Source: the human T2T-CHM13v2.0 reference genome, Homo sapiens | Length of the DNA stretch: 64,000 nt | Reading direction: 5' to 3' (one strand) | Assembly (NCBI RefSeq): GCF_009914755.1 | Contig: NC_060936.1 | In this document: piece by piece, positions 1 through 14,208 of the stretch | Layout of the letters: the number at the start of each line of letters is the position of its first letter | How positions within the stretch are numbered: the first letter of the stretch is position 1 | The notes under the pieces: model-generated | What the model was told of the DNA's origin: nothing | The model's database searches: none | Seen by the model: only the letters and a program-made list of their open reading frames with translations | Position numbers and translations under genes: made by a program

Positions 1-79
1 GATGATGCCTAGTTGTTGGTGTCAACAATTCATGGATGGTAGTACAATGTACTTAGATGTGGAAGACTGAGGAACAGGC

Positions 80-116
<37 letters not shown>

Positions 117-600
117 TAAGAATTCATTTGGGACATTTTACGTTTGAGATCTCTTTTAGACAACCAAGTGGAAGCGATGAGGAGGCAGTTGGATTATTGA
201 ATTTGAAACCCAAGGAAGGATTAGAGCTGCTGTTGTCAATTTGGGAATCATCAGCTTAAAGAGTCATCAGTTTAAAGCCCCTGAGACTAAGTGAGATCAC
301 CAAGAAGAGTACAGATAGAGAAAAGGGTCCCAGATCACATTTTGGGATCCAAGTGAAAGTAACTAGTAAAGGAATGTTTAGTGAGGTAGGAGGGAAACCA
401 GAAGAGTGTGGTTGTTAAACTAGGAAAGAAAGTGTTTCAAGAAGAATATGGTTAAACGTTTCAAATGTTTCTGAAATACAAGACAATTGCCTATAGAATC
501 TGGGGAAAAGAAGGTTGTATGTGACCTTGAAAAAAGGATTTCGTGCAGTGGGGAAGGATGTCCAGTCAGTGGGTCGAAGACAGCAGCCTGTGATCAGTAA
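1..600 (-). mobile_element. Degraded L2 LINE fragment with an embedded (TG)n
   Basis: L2-like motifs such as tagacaaccaagtgga...ggcagttggat and ttgggaatcatcagc; boundaries approximate. Confidence 0.6.
81..113. repeat. (TG)n microsatellite
   Basis: Seen directly. Confidence 0.97.
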
Positions 601-2842
601 GAAAACCACTATCATTTAATGAAGGAAAACCACTGCCATTTAATGAATGCTTTACTTTATGTTAGATATTGTACTAAGACTTTATATTAATTCTTAATTT
701 GCACAACACAATGAATGATAATGTTGTCAGTATTTTAGAGAGGAGGAAACAGATTCAGAGAAGGTATGTACTTTGCCCAAGGTAGCACAGCTATTAGGTA
801 TGTGAAGTGCTTAGATTTGGACAGAAGTCTGTCTGGCTCTGAAGGCTTGTGTCCCTATCCACTGTGCACATTGTCTTCTAATCAGGTCACAGGGAACATC
901 TATAGAGATAGTTGTAGAACTCATGTCTCCTGTGAAGCAGAAGATAGGGCTTGCTTTTTTTTTTTTTTTTTTTTTTGGTACAATTTGCATGTAAAATTAT
1001 TCCGGACTGCTAGCAGTTGGCACTTTACTGCCATCTGCCATTATTCCTTAGAAAATCCCAGCTCTAGCACAATAAGATGAGGTGTTAGTGGTAAAAAGGT
1101 AATGGTTTATGTTCATTGAGCAGGCAGCTCCAGAAACTCATAATGTAAGTCCACTAATAAGAGTACAAAGATATCAGAACACCATCACTGTTCTTTAGTA
1201 CTGCTCTGTGCATAACAAAAATATACAGAGGAAAGTTAGGCAGCAGGCTATGCTCAGAAGTGCAGTATAAATATTAACTCTTAATCTTGTAATTTTGGGT
1301 AATCTGACTCAGGACAAAAAGTCCAGCAAGATGGGACCCCAGTGGTTGATACCCTGGTATTAACAATATAAGAAACAAATGTCATATATGGCAATAAGAA
1401 GTAATGTGTTCTGAAGAGAGCATCATGTGACTTGATGCTGAGAATTAGTGTCATTCTCGTAGGGTTAAAGCTACCAATAGCTCAACTATTAAGAGCTGAG
1501 AAATATGCTTCCTAGGAATCTCTGTGGTATGCAGGCTAATGGTGTATGCCTTGTTTCAGGCACACTTGGCTTTGAATCCTGGTTTCTTTGCATCTTAGTT
1601 GTATGACCTTTTAAAGTTTCAATGTTCTCCATCTGTCAAATGGGGATAATAACACCTACCCTCTTACGGTTGTGAAGATTAATGATAAAACGTTAAAATG
1701 ACAGAATAAATGGTAGTGGTTTTTATTATAGTATTTGCAAGTGTGAAGGAACCAAATTGCTTGTTTTATTTATTGTGAAACAAGAACAAGTACAGCTACA
1801 TACATAGATCCATACATTTCTTTTTCAAAGAAACACTCCTGTCTCCAGGGAGTTATTAAAAGTTTTACATGTTCACATTAATTCCAGAGAATTTATAATC
1901 ATAAAATCCATTTATAGCCCTTAGTTGCCAAGCAACAAAGGACAAAGTACTGAGTATTTCCTTTTATTGCAAAAGGTTCAGCTTTTCCATGTTGGTCTTG
2001 AAATCAACATTTTTCAGAAAACACAGAACAGTGAAACTTAATATATTTCCAAGATTTAGTTGGCATTCTTTGTTTGGGGTTAGACTCAAAGCTGAAAGAA
2101 ATATATTGTTATTATTGTCCTGTTCTTAGATCGTCTGAAGCATTTTGTTCTAATTTTATAGTAAATCTGTAAGAAGTTCTGAAGTTGAGAGACTGCAAAT
2201 TCATTTTAAGGAGATAACTTTTTTCAGTTTACCTATGTTCTGTGATGCTCTCATTTTAAAAGAACCGGTTCTTGTATCTATCAACTGTCTTTCAGGAAAG
2301 GCCGGGGTGGTATAAAATTCATACAGAAAAATGCTATCTGCTGACCTTGTTAATCACTGACCTCAAGTAGGTCATTCAGCCATGCCTTGGCAGGGTTTGG
2401 GGAAGCTGGCTCAGATCTGAACTAAATTCTCTACTTCCTTAAAAGGGATAGAAGTTTTTAACTACTTCTGCTGTTTTTGTTCATGAAAAACCAGAAGTAA
2501 AGGTTTGAAAGTCCATATAATCCAGAAGGATATATTACTATTTAACATCCCATAAAGAACTCCAGTACAACTCATATATTTAACCGCTCATAAAAGCATG
2601 CATGGGAAACAGTTTCTTAATTTGCATAGCTATTTTTTTATTCATCTGTATTAAAACAGTGCAAAAGCAGATTAGACATCTTTGGAATTTTACTGCCCTT
2701 GTTCCTATCTGTGTTCTGTATATGTAGTGGATTCCGTAGATGGAAAGAGAGAAGACAATGATCCTCTTTTTTTCTTCCATTGTTGGATTAGGGAAGCTTG
2801 TTGCTTTGAAACAAATCTATTGATAAGTCTCATGAAAGTTCC

Positions 2843-3569
2843 TGACATGGAAGAGGTTCCCTTGTCCCCCTCACAGGGTGTGTGACAGGGGCAGTGGCTC
2901 GCTTCTTCAGTGCCCTGCTGCTCAAACCTCTAGGAGAGCATACAGACGGGCAGGCTGTGGGGCTCCAACACCATGGCAGTGTCTAGAGGTGAATGCTTAC
3001 AGCTCCTAAAGCCCCAGTGGATGTGTGTTACAGTGTGCTCTTTTAGTTTTGCCGTCTATAGGCTTGTGTTAACCACCTCAACTAGACCCTCTACCTTGTC
3101 GCAAGGACAAGAGGGCTTTCTTTATCCTGGGTTCTTGCCTTGGTGTACCGGAAGAATCGGATCACACGTGGGCTTGGAGAATGAGTGCAAGGTTTTATTG
3201 ACTGGAAGTAGCTCGCAGCAGGTGGGGGAACCAGAAGGGAGTTGGTTTTCCCACTCAGTGGCCCGGATTGCCCTGGCCAAATTCCGTGTGCTTCTGCCGG
3301 TCAGGGGCTAGCCGGCATGCCGGTGTGGGTCCATTCCTCTTGACGTCCAGCCGCCTGTGTGTTCCTTCACCAATGTGCTCCTCTTGCCCTCCAGCTGCTT
3401 CTGTCTCTGCCTTGCTGGGGTCTCGGGTTTTTATAGGCACAGGATGGGGGACGTGGCAGGCCAGGGTGGTCATGGGAAATGCAGCAGAAATGCCTGTCCT
3501 CACCTAGGTCCATGGAGGTGGAGCCCTAACTAGGGAACACACCCTCCTCTACCCAGCACTCCCGCATCA
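2843..3569 (-). mobile_element. Solo ERV1 LTR, LTR1-like (HUERS-P family)
   Basis: TG...CA termini; 4-bp TSD ttcc/gtcc with one mismatch. On the minus strand, TATAAAAA at 3428-3435 and AATAAA at 3194-3199. 5' end tgatgcgggagtgctgggtagagg resembles LTR1. Confidence 0.75.
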
Positions 3570-6500
3570 GTCCTATGTGCAGGAAGAGGCAGAAATGACA
3601 CAAATGATTATAATTCCACAAGATAACAGCTAGTCAAAGCTCTTCTGCTAAGAGTAAATATTCCTTGGAACGATTTTTCTGTGTGAATATAAGAGTAAGA
3701 TCTAGCTGTTAGCATGAGCAGGCTAATTCCAGTCAATCAGAAGAGGGACACTTTAAAATCTATTATCCATCCATCTCAAGTGTTGTTCCTTAAGAAGCAT
3801 TTGAAGAACTGCCATTAGCTCCTTTTATCCGTATAAGGATAAGACAAACAAAAATTTGCTTCCTTCCCCTGAGAGAGGCAGGTTTCTGTGTGAGAATCTG
3901 AAATAACCTTTACTGGTGGTGAGGAGGTCAGGTCTGTGAAACAATGCTCAGGACCTGTCCTCCCCTTTGCTGGCTTTTTGTGAAAATGTTAGAAAAAACA
4001 AAAATCTATAGACGGCCACCAATATTAACGTGTGTTTATTTTGCCAGTTCATTCTTAACCCAACTTCAAAGTTTCTTTCTCACTCTGCCATTTGTGTTAT
4101 GCTTGCTTATAGAGTTTGACATTTTACAAACTCTTGCATTTCCATCAACTTGTTGGTCCTTCACACATTTAAAAAAAAAAATTGAGCCTTAACAAATTGA
4201 CAGATATGCCTAAAATCGGATTGGTAAATTTCAGGCAAGACCCTGTGTTTTCATTCCAAGTCCAACACTCTTTTCATCTGCACACCACTCCGCCTACCCA
4301 GAGGGAAGAGCAGGGAAAGACAGGTATTGGCCCATTAGCTTCCGTATCCTAGAACGAGATGCCAATAAATATAGTCAGTATTTGGGAAAATTGCCTCCCT
4401 TCTATCCTCCTCTCACTCACTTACCCCTAGCCATTGTATAATTGCTCACAAACTGGCCACTGGCTACCCAACTCCCTCTTCAGGACAGAGTCAAAGTTTC
4501 CATCTTTTCGGACTTTGCCTAACCCCCTGCTTGGATGTAACTGATCTGTCATGAGTTCAACAATTGGTTCATTGTTCTGAGCCCTGTCTCCGGGGGAGTG
4601 GAGAGGAATTGGAAAGGGATGCACACTTACTGTGTGCCATGAACCAGTAGTAGATTCATATATGTTATCACATTTCATCTGCAAGCCACTCTGTAAGGTG
4701 GTAAAACCCATCTCCTTCATCCAGATGAGGAAGTAGGCCCAGAGAAGTTAAGCAAAAGTAGAATTTAACCCAGGCCTGCCTGACTTGCAGTTTTCTAAGT
4801 CTCATGCTCTTCTTACCTCTGGGTCACATGGGGCTTCCTCCTTCTGGAGCACACTTCCCTGCCTTGTTTACTTGGTTAACTTGGTTCACTCAAGATTCTG
4901 GCTTTGGCGTCATTCCCTCAGGGGCTCCCAGTGTGTTTCCACAGTACTTTGCACTTCACCTTTCAAAGTATGTAATGAATGCCTTTTTTCCGTGTCTGTC
5001 TCCTATGGACACCTGGAAGGAGGGAACTATGCCTTCTTCATTCTTGTAGCCTCTGCACCTAGGGACTGGTACATAGCAGTCACTCAAATGTATGTGTTGA
5101 GTCAATAAATAAAAAACTCAAATCCCTTTTCCAGGATTCCAAGTCTTCTGGATTTCCTTCTTTATCCTGCAACTGGCTAAAGACTAGGCCCTCAGACAGT
5201 GCTCTATTTGACTGTCCTTTCCCTTTCTGCCTGACTCGGGAGGACAGAAAGGCATTGCTGGGGAAGGACAGGCACTCCTGAAAGCCATAATGAGCAGTTT
5301 TCTTGTCACATCTTGCTGAACTTGTGCCATGCAGTGTCAGCCCAGGGGACATTGATTTAATATTTAACACTGTACATTCCAGGTGAGCCAACTCACCTGC
5401 AGCGCCTGTGGGTGGTGTCTCCTCCTTAGCTGTCCTTCCTTTTGAAAGGCTTTTTCCCTTCCTCCTCTGCCTCCTCCTCTTCTCCCCTCTGTTTTTCTTC
5501 TTCATCTTCCACCTCCTTTTTTGGCCTTGGGCAAATTAGACTTTCTAATAGGCCAAACCAGAATAATAATTCTTCCAAACTTTGGTTATAAAATCAATGA
5601 GATTATTCACTTCTATGAGACATGTTCCTGTCATTTAAAAGAAATTGTCAGCTTCTCTTTCCCAAATTTACCTTCTATGGCTAAAGTTAATGTTGCTTAA
5701 CATGTAGTCAATTGTGTTTTATTTCTTTTTGGTTGTTTTATTTATTCTTCTGTATATTAACATTAATGTGTGTTGTCGAAGAAAAAATGTATGTAACATA
5801 AAAGTTTAATCCTCACATTGTAGGACTGGAAGAAGGCTTAGCTGTAAAGTTTCTCAAACTGCTGGAAAAATTGATTCCCAGACTTCCAGAAAGGCCAGAG
5901 GATCATGCTTAATTTATATTTCAAATCACTAATTTAAAAGGAGAAGTGTGAACTTGATAATGTACTAGTAAAGACCCTGAAATACTTTTACCATGATAGA
6001 GGTTACATGATGCAATGAACTAGTCACTTTCCCTTCTTAGTTTGAATCCCATTAAAATTTTTAGATTATTCACTGAGAAGCTGTGCAAAGCCACAAGTGC
6101 AGCTCTCTAAAGACATCGAGCCAACCAGCAGTCATTTATTCTTTACCCTGAGTGATTCCTAAGTTTGTGAAAAAGCAATGAAGGATGGATTCATCTGGCA
6201 TTTTAGTAACCGTAATGCTAAAGGAACGTAGATCCATAATATTTTAAAGTTATATATGACTGACCCCATCAGCAGGCACACCCACCTTCTTTCCTGCAAA
6301 CGGAAGCCAAATTAGTTCAGATAGAGGAGGAGAGTCCTTGAACCCAGAAAGAACAGGTTCTGACTCAGCTTTATCAGATGAATTGTAATTCATTTAAACT
6401 AGTTATCATCATCTCAATTTCCCCCTCTCTTTTCCCTTGGTCTTCATAATTCAGCACTGCAACTCTTCTTTGCAACCCCTTCTACTATTTCCAAATGAAG

Positions 6501-8501
6501 ACTAAATGCTAATATTTGCTGAAGTACTTAGCAATATTAATAATAATTTAACATGTCTTAAATTTGTATTAGACATGTCATTGTTTTTATTAACTTTTAA
6601 TGTTTTTCTTCAACTCTACATTCTTCTGCTATTTTTTACAATTCTGCAAAAAGCAAAGTTGTTCAGGAACACGTACATTATGTTATAGTAGAAAACACCT
6701 GAGCCCCTGCAATGACACTTGTGTTACTGAACTTGAGCAATACTTAAGCTCGCTAAGACAACTTCTCTGAAAGATAGGGATAATAATAGTACCTATCTCA
6801 TAGAATAAAATTGTTTTGAGTATTAAATGAGAAAGTAAATGTAAAATTCTTAGCATAGTATTGGTACATAATAAGAGTTCACTAAACTTACCAAGTATTA
6901 TCAATCTTCTCCATTGACTGTCTCTCAAATGGCTTAGCTCATGATTCTTTTGCTCCTTACTGGATCTCCTGTGGATCCCCTACTATTTGTTAGCATTCCT
7001 TTTAAAACCTGGGTCCCACATCCTCAAGATCTGACCTATGCATAGAGGAACAGGAATTGCACTATCCTAGTTCTGTACTCAATACTTTTATTATTATACT
7101 CTACATTAGTTTCCTTGTCTTTTCAAAACCTATGACAAAACTAAAAGACCCATGTCTTTGTCATCTATTCATTCATAAGCCAAATTTCCCCATATTATAT
7201 TTACATAATTAGAAAAACCGATGCAAACATGTATGCTTAACCTACTAAATCTCATCCTGCCAAAGTCAGCTATGAATGCAATCAGTCACGATTAGAGTCT
7301 GACGCTTTCTACTATATTGTACCTTGCCCACTGCCTTCAGGCTGTCTGAATGTATGTCCAGTTTGCCTTCTCTATATTTTTCCGAATTACAAATAACATT
7401 ATTGAGAAGGATGCGAGCAGGTAATTAATTTCATGCTGAATTTTAGGATTTTCTTCAGGTTAGCTCTCTGGGGGACAGTTATTCTCCCAGGTACAAATTC
7501 ACCTGATTCTAGCATAATTTCCTCTACATTTCTCCATCTTAGCTATAAATACAGCCATTTTTGACCTCTCCTCTCTACTCCCCAAGTTGTATCAAAAGCT
7601 CCTTCCAAATGTCTGCTTGGGTCTGACATCCCGCTGCAGTGTTCCTGCCTGTTGACTTCCCTGTGCTCCCCTCTCCTGCCTTAGTGCTGCTCACTGTTGT
7701 ATCCTTGTGCCTAGCACACTGCTCTTCATTACATATGCAATAATTTTGAACGAATAAGTTCATTTAGCGTCTAGTTGAAATAAAGATATACATTTCCTCC
7801 GAGAGTCTCCTAATCTGCCAGTCAGGCAGCTGAACAGGAAAGGCAATGAAGCCCATTTGCATGGCTAGTTCTTGGTAGACACATGCAGGTTTCTGGATGT
7901 TTTCTGCTGTTCTTAGAGTCCAGCAGCCAAGTTTTTAATAATCCTTGCCAAATTTTTGCATCTGTGACAGTTTTAGAAAACCCACGTGGGGGCTGCCATC
8001 CTGTTACACAATGTGCTTGAACTATTTACTCAAGTTGAATAAAGGTTAATTTTTATTTTATCTCTCAATTATCAGGCACATAAATTCCAGGTGATTCATG
8101 TCATGTGAAAGTCCAGCCAGAGACAGTCTTTTAATTCAGTTATTATTTCCAACAATGGGTCACGTTACTTCCGTTTGAAATAACTGATTAGATTCTTCTT
8201 GGGTCAGTGTAAAACTATCTGCACAAGGAGACTGGGAGATTCCCAGGATTCCAGGTTGTTAGGTGGAGTTTTTCTTGGGGGCAGTGCCCTGCTGCTCACT
8301 TCTATCTCCAAGAGTACAGAAGAGTACATGGCCCCATGCAGATAAACTCATGCTCCTTCCCCGGCTCCTCATCCAGTTCTCTCATATTTGCTATTTCAAG
8401 TGACCAGCATGACCATCAAGACAGGGACTGGGGAATCACCTAGATTTCTTACAGTCAGTCACAAAATTCAATGGCTTATCCTCCCAAATACTAGCCACAT
8501 A

Positions 8502-8706
8502 CAGTGATGTGGTAAATGTTTAATGAGCAACTCTCTAGTTTTACGGGAAGAGAAAGTTGGGAAGCAGCCCTGATTTGTAGCATTTGCTCATTTCCATGGT
8601 GTAAATGCTCTCACTATGGCTGATTTCAAGCTACTCACATGATGTTAAATATGAAGTTGGAAGAGATGTGCACAAGCTTGTACAACCTGGCTCCAGCACA
8701 TTGCTG
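8502..8706. mobile_element. hAT MITE, MER63-like
   Basis: cagtgatgtg...cacattgctg termini; internal gtagcatttgc...ccatggtgtaaat...gatttcaagcta motif. Confidence 0.55.
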
Positions 8707-11700
8707 CACATTCTTCCACTTTCCTGACCACACCACACCAGGTCAGACTTTCACAGCATTCAAGGCCCTAGGATCTGTTTCTGTTGATAGTTGTAGCCTT
8801 GTTGACCCCCGCTCTTAGAAGCTTTTCCTGGCATCTTTTTGCTCCTGTTGAGTCATTAAAGTGCCCCACAATGCCCTGTGTGCATCTCTGTTGTCACATT
8901 ATCTTGCTATGATATGTTTTTATGTCAGTTTTTCTTACTGGTCTATAAACTTCTTGAGCACAGAAACTAATGGTAATGACAAGGGGTAGAATTTATTGAG
9001 CTGGGACCTATGCTAAGCACTTTGCTTGTATTATCTCATTTAATTCCCACAACTCCTCTGTGAGGTAGATGCTTGTATTAGCCTCATTTTGAAAATGAGG
9101 AAAGTAAATAAAGGAAGACACTGAGAGGCTAGCTAACTTATCCTGGGTTACACAGCTAAGTCTCAGCAAAGATGTAAGCCCTAGCCTGACTATAGAACCA
9201 GAATCCTTAACTACTATTGCTTCTTTGTGTTTGGGTCTCTAACCCTTAGCACTGTGCCTGGCCCATATCACATGTCCATTGTGTTAAGAAATGCAATGTG
9301 GGAAGTTTATGCTGGCAATGTCCTTGACTAGTCTCTTTAAACTAGTCTTGCCCAGCTTCAGTGCAATCTCCCAACTGCAGGCTAAATGATCTTTCAGAAT
9401 TATAAACCTAATCACATCACTCCCCTGCTTAAAGATTTTCAATGACTCTATCACTTTCAAAATAAAGTTCTTATCATAATACACTTTCCACCATTCATAA
9501 TTACATTTATTCATTCACAGCTTTATTTACTCACCTAACAAGGTCAACATTTATTGAATAGCTATAATATTCTACATCCTGTTCTGGATGCTTAGGATTT
9601 GTATAATAAAAAATAATTTTTGCCCTAGAAAGGCTTAGAGTTGAGCAGAGAGAAAGAGATGCACAACACATAATTGCTATGGTGATTGAAATAAAAGCAC
9701 ATACAGCTGGCAGTGGGGTCCGGGAATGGTGTGGCCCTCAGTCTCTACCATGTTCTTCACCTGCCTCCTGGCTGTGGTCAGACTATGGGCATGTTTCCAG
9801 AGTCCTGCTGTTGATTATTTGAATTTATTTGCACATGCCATTTTTGTTCCTAGGATGTTTATCATCTTTTACCTAGTGAATCCCTACTTAACCTTAAAAA
9901 GCCCTCTCAGGTGTCACTGATAGGAAGTCCTTGGCTCACCCCAGGCCAGCCTAATTAAAAGGCTTCCATAGTATCCAAGCACACGTTCATCATTACTTAA
10001 CACCTTGCATTGCTATAGCTGATTTTCTTGTCCCTCTCACTGGACCGTGAGCTTGTTTCTGATTTTATTTCAGGACACAGAATGAACACTAAGTAAATGT
10101 GTAAGTAAATGAATAAAGCAATTAGTTAATTAATGATTGGTAATATCTCTAAGAAAATGTCATCCTTACTTCTCTAACTCTGGACTGGTTGTGTCTCTAC
10201 ACACCAACATTAGATTTTAGATCCAGTACTACATTTAATGGATTTTTCAAGGCAAAAGTATTCTAAGCAAATGAGAGAAGTAGAGTATTTTATTTCTCTT
10301 TATCTCCTCTATCTTCTTTTCTTCCTCTCCTCTTCCTTCTTCTCCGAAATATCTATTAACATTTCTGCTCCAGTTTTTCATGAACACTGGCATGTCAGAG
10401 GGAAACTATGTTTAAATCCAGAAAGCAACCCTTTGGGAGACCCTCATTATTATTTTTAAAATCCTTTAAACAACTAGAGTTGTTGGAACAAATTTTGTCA
10501 TCTTGCCAGTTGTCTGAATTCTCTGGGCGTCACTGTGTGCACCAAGTGTGAAAGAATAAATCAAGAAGAGGGCCTTATCACTGTTGGGGAAAGTGATGAA
10601 GAAAGCTGTTGGATGGAAATAAGAAAAGATCTTTATATAGGACTGGCAGGTGGTGAGTGGAGAAGGCAGGGAGTCCTGAAAGCAAGGTCTTTGCTGTGCC
10701 TTCCCTGCTCACGCCCTTGGAGAAGCCCCATAGGCATATGTAGATTTTTTAGTAGGTCCTGTGGGTACAACTTGGTTGTGTTTGTAGTACTCCCTGATGG
10801 ACTCATCTTCATAACCAAGTGCCTTTTTATTGTCTTCCTACGGCCAAGAGCAGCAGTACATGTTACTGTCTTACAGCTCTTGCTGCTCCTGGAAAGGGAG
10901 GCAGAGAATGAGGGTGAGGAAGAGCTTTGCTTTACAAAAGCAGTGCAGGGACAGCTTCTCTGACACACCCAGGAGGCCTACGCAGCTTCTCCCTTTGTAA
11001 GCAAAACTGTGGCAGCCCTTCCTAGCTACAGAAGTAAAGAGTGGAACCTGATTTCAAACTGAGCCTCCCTGATGGGGGATAGGATGCTTAAGGGTGCCCT
11101 CTTGGCAGGCTTGGGTGTTATAAACAAGTGTTAAAAACATTTAGAGCAAAGCGATTATTTTTAAAAGCATGAGATTTATTTTAGGAGCCATTTGAGAGTT
11201 GTTCTCTGTGTGTAAAACCTCCTGAAAACAATTTTATCTGACACTGTGGATTTATCTTTTTGAGTAATTTCCTTTGGATTTGGAAAACACAGATAGGATT
11301 TTGGAGTCCAAGAGGAAGCCAGTTACTGCAGGGATCATCTCTCCTTATTCATTAAGGCGTTTGGGCAAGCCACATCAGGCAGGTCCTAGAGCTGTGGCCC
11401 ATCTCCTATTTCTACCTGGGGGAGCAGGTTGGGGCCGGTGGGTGATCTAAAGCAGGTGACACAGGAGTCAGGTCTTAGAATCTATAGGCCACCTCCTATT
11501 TCTACCTGGGGAATTGTGTGGCGGGTGTGGAGGGGAGAGTGAAGGGTGCCATATAAAGCAGATGGGACACCAGCAGGGGCTTCAGAGGAAATCTAAACAG
11601 ATTCTTCCCTCCATCTGCTTCTGTTAGCAGTCGGCTTGCCCTAAGCCCAGTGAAGCAGTAGAAGCAAGTCAATCCTCCCTGCAGTTGGCTGGCATTGCTG

Positions 11701-13234
11701 GGGAGGCGGCGGGGCACGGGGCGGTCGTGAGAGCACGATCAGTAGCCTGGGTTGGCTTCCCTGTGTGTCACTTACAAGCTGTGTGACTCTGGGCAAGCTG
11801 GTTAACCTGTGTAATCACTTGGCCTTATCTGTAAACTGGAAGTAGTATTGATGGACACCTCCTAGGGCTGTTAGGAAGATTAAATAAGATCACATAAGCA
11901 AAGTGCTTGTTCTTTTGCTTGGCTCAGAGTGAGAAATTCAAACTCTGAGCATCCCTGGGTAACTGCAGAAGTATTTAAATTGATCTCCTTCTCTTCTCGT
12001 CCCCTTATAATCTTCCCACAAGCAACCAGAATGACCCTCGAAAACATAAAGTATATGATGTCACTCTCCAAAGGCTTCCTATTGCTCTGCCCTCCTGTCC
12101 TACACCCATGCTCCTGTGCTCTAACCCATTGGATGATTTGTTTCTTGCTACTGCCATTTTTTCTCCACCTGGCACGCTCTGCCCTTGATCCCTGCATGGC
12201 TGGCTCCCTCCTGAGAGAGGCATCCGCATAGAAAAGTGTTCCCTCCATCACAGTCTGTTATACCAGCCTGTTTTGTTTTCCTCACACTCTGAAAATATCC
12301 TTTTATTTGTTATTTTTTATATGTTATATGTGTCCCAACCTACCCCCAATGTCACCTCCTTTCCCTCCCTTAGAATGCAAGCCCTCTAAGGGGTTCTTGT
12401 CTTCTTTTTCACAGCTGGGTCCCCAGAACTTTGTGCAATGCTTGGCACATGGTAGGTCCTTAGTAAATTGTGGTTGAATCTATGAAAGAATGAAGATGTC
12501 TTGTCCATCCTAGCCTTTCTTCAAAGTCTAACTGAAGACTCAACTCCACTATGAGGTCATTTCTGACCATCTAAATCTCTAGGAATCACTCCTGTGAATC
12601 CAGGAGGCATGTGGGATATATTCCACTCATTTTCATCTTAGCTCATGTCAACAAATTGAGTTGGTGATGTCTCCTCCACTATTTTCACAATTCTAAAATG
12701 TAGAGAAAGAAGAAAAGCCTCCAAATTCTTTTTATGAAGCCAGCATAAAACTTGAGGGGTATTGGAGTGAGGGATAGAAAGCAGAACTATTATGTATTTA
12801 AACTGTACCTGGAAAAAACCCACAAAATTTATTAAGAACTCATTCAATTATCTGTCATCTATTTCAGATTTTAATAAGATGAAAGAAAAACTTTATGACT
12901 TTCCACTGTTGGGAAAAGCGAAAAAAAAAAAAAAAAAACCTTGTTATTTCAGGTTCTACAGATGTGAATATTATAATCCTCTAGCAAAGCAAAGCACGGA
13001 ACAAAGTATACCTCACAGAATGGAGATTGGGAGTTGCCAAAGATAATACCTGCATCATGCAGTGCTCTTGACACCCTTCTAAATGATGGGATTGAGTGCA
13101 TTTGTTTATCCGTGGCAGCTTAGAGAACAGTTGACTCCAGCAAAACTGGCTCTCCTCTGCATTCAGCACAAATAAACTCCTTGCCTTAGTTTAACCCTTG
13201 GATGCTGGCTTTTAGATATTGGCTATTGACTATC

Positions 13235-13265
<31 letters not shown>

Positions 13266-13302
13266 ACTGCCACAGTACTAGATACTTTTGTATGTCTCAT
13301 TC

Positions 13303-14208
13303 TTTTTTGTTTGTTTGTTTGTTTATTATTATTATACTTTAAGTTTTAGGGTACATGTGCACAATGTGCAGGTTAGTTACATAGGTATACATGTGCCATG
13401 CTGGTGTGCTGCACCCATTAACTCGTCATTTAGCATTAGGTATATCTCCTAAAGCTATCCCTCCCCCCTCACCCCACCCCACAATAGTCCCCAGAGTGTG
13501 ATGTTCCCCTTCCTGTGTCCGTGTGTTCTCATTGTTCAATTCCCACCTATGAGTGAGAATATGCAGTATGCAGTGTTTGGTTTTTTGTTCTTGCGATAGT
13601 TCACTGAGAATGATGATTTCCAATTTCATCCATGTCCCTACAAAGGACATGAACTCATCATTTTTTTATGGCTGCATAGTATTCCATGGTGTATATGTGC
13701 CACATTTTCTTAATCCAGTCTATCATTGTTGGACATTTGGGTTGGTTCCAAGTCTTTGCTATTGCGAATAGTGCCGCAATAAACATACGTGTCCATGTGT
13801 CTTTATAGCAGCATGATTTATGGTCCTTTGGGTATATACCCAGTAATGGGATGGCTGGGTCAAATGGTATTTCTAGTTCTAGATCCCTGAGGAATCGCCA
13901 CACTGACTTCCACAAGGGTTGAACTAGTTTACAGTCCCACCAACAGTGTAAAAGTGTTCCTATTTCTCCACATCCTCTCCAGCACCTGTTGTTTCCTGAC
14001 TTTTTAATGATCACCATTCTAACTGGTGTGAGATGGTATCTCATTGTGGTTTTGATTTGCATTTCTCTGATGGCCAGTGATGATGAGCATTTTTTCATGT
14101 GTTTTTTGGCTGCATAAATGTCTTCTTTTGAGAAGTGTCTGTTCATATCCTTTGCCCACTTTTTGATGGGGTTGTTTGTTTTTTTCTTGTAAATTTGTTT
14201 GAGTTCAT
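13303..14208 (-). mobile_element. 5'-truncated L1PA3-like LINE-1 (about 0.9 kb; ORF2 C-terminus and 3' UTR)
   Basis: ORF 13658..14146 is the ORF2p C-terminus ([18 protein letters not shown]); L1PA 3' UTR and T-rich tail; no TSD found. Confidence 0.93.

Noticed and set aside
601-647. Short tandem duplications of about 19-24 bp (also near 24385-24420 and 54831-54873)
   Set aside because: Common slippage products with no further structure; not CRISPR-like.
2348-2516. HNF1-like gttaatcactgac and HNF4-like gaaagtcca motifs
   Set aside because: Imperfect short matches are expected by chance in 64 kb; unsupported without chromatin data.
10535-10968. Overlapping 142-aa and 111-aa ORFs
   Set aside because: No recognisable domain or splice context; lengths compatible with chance.
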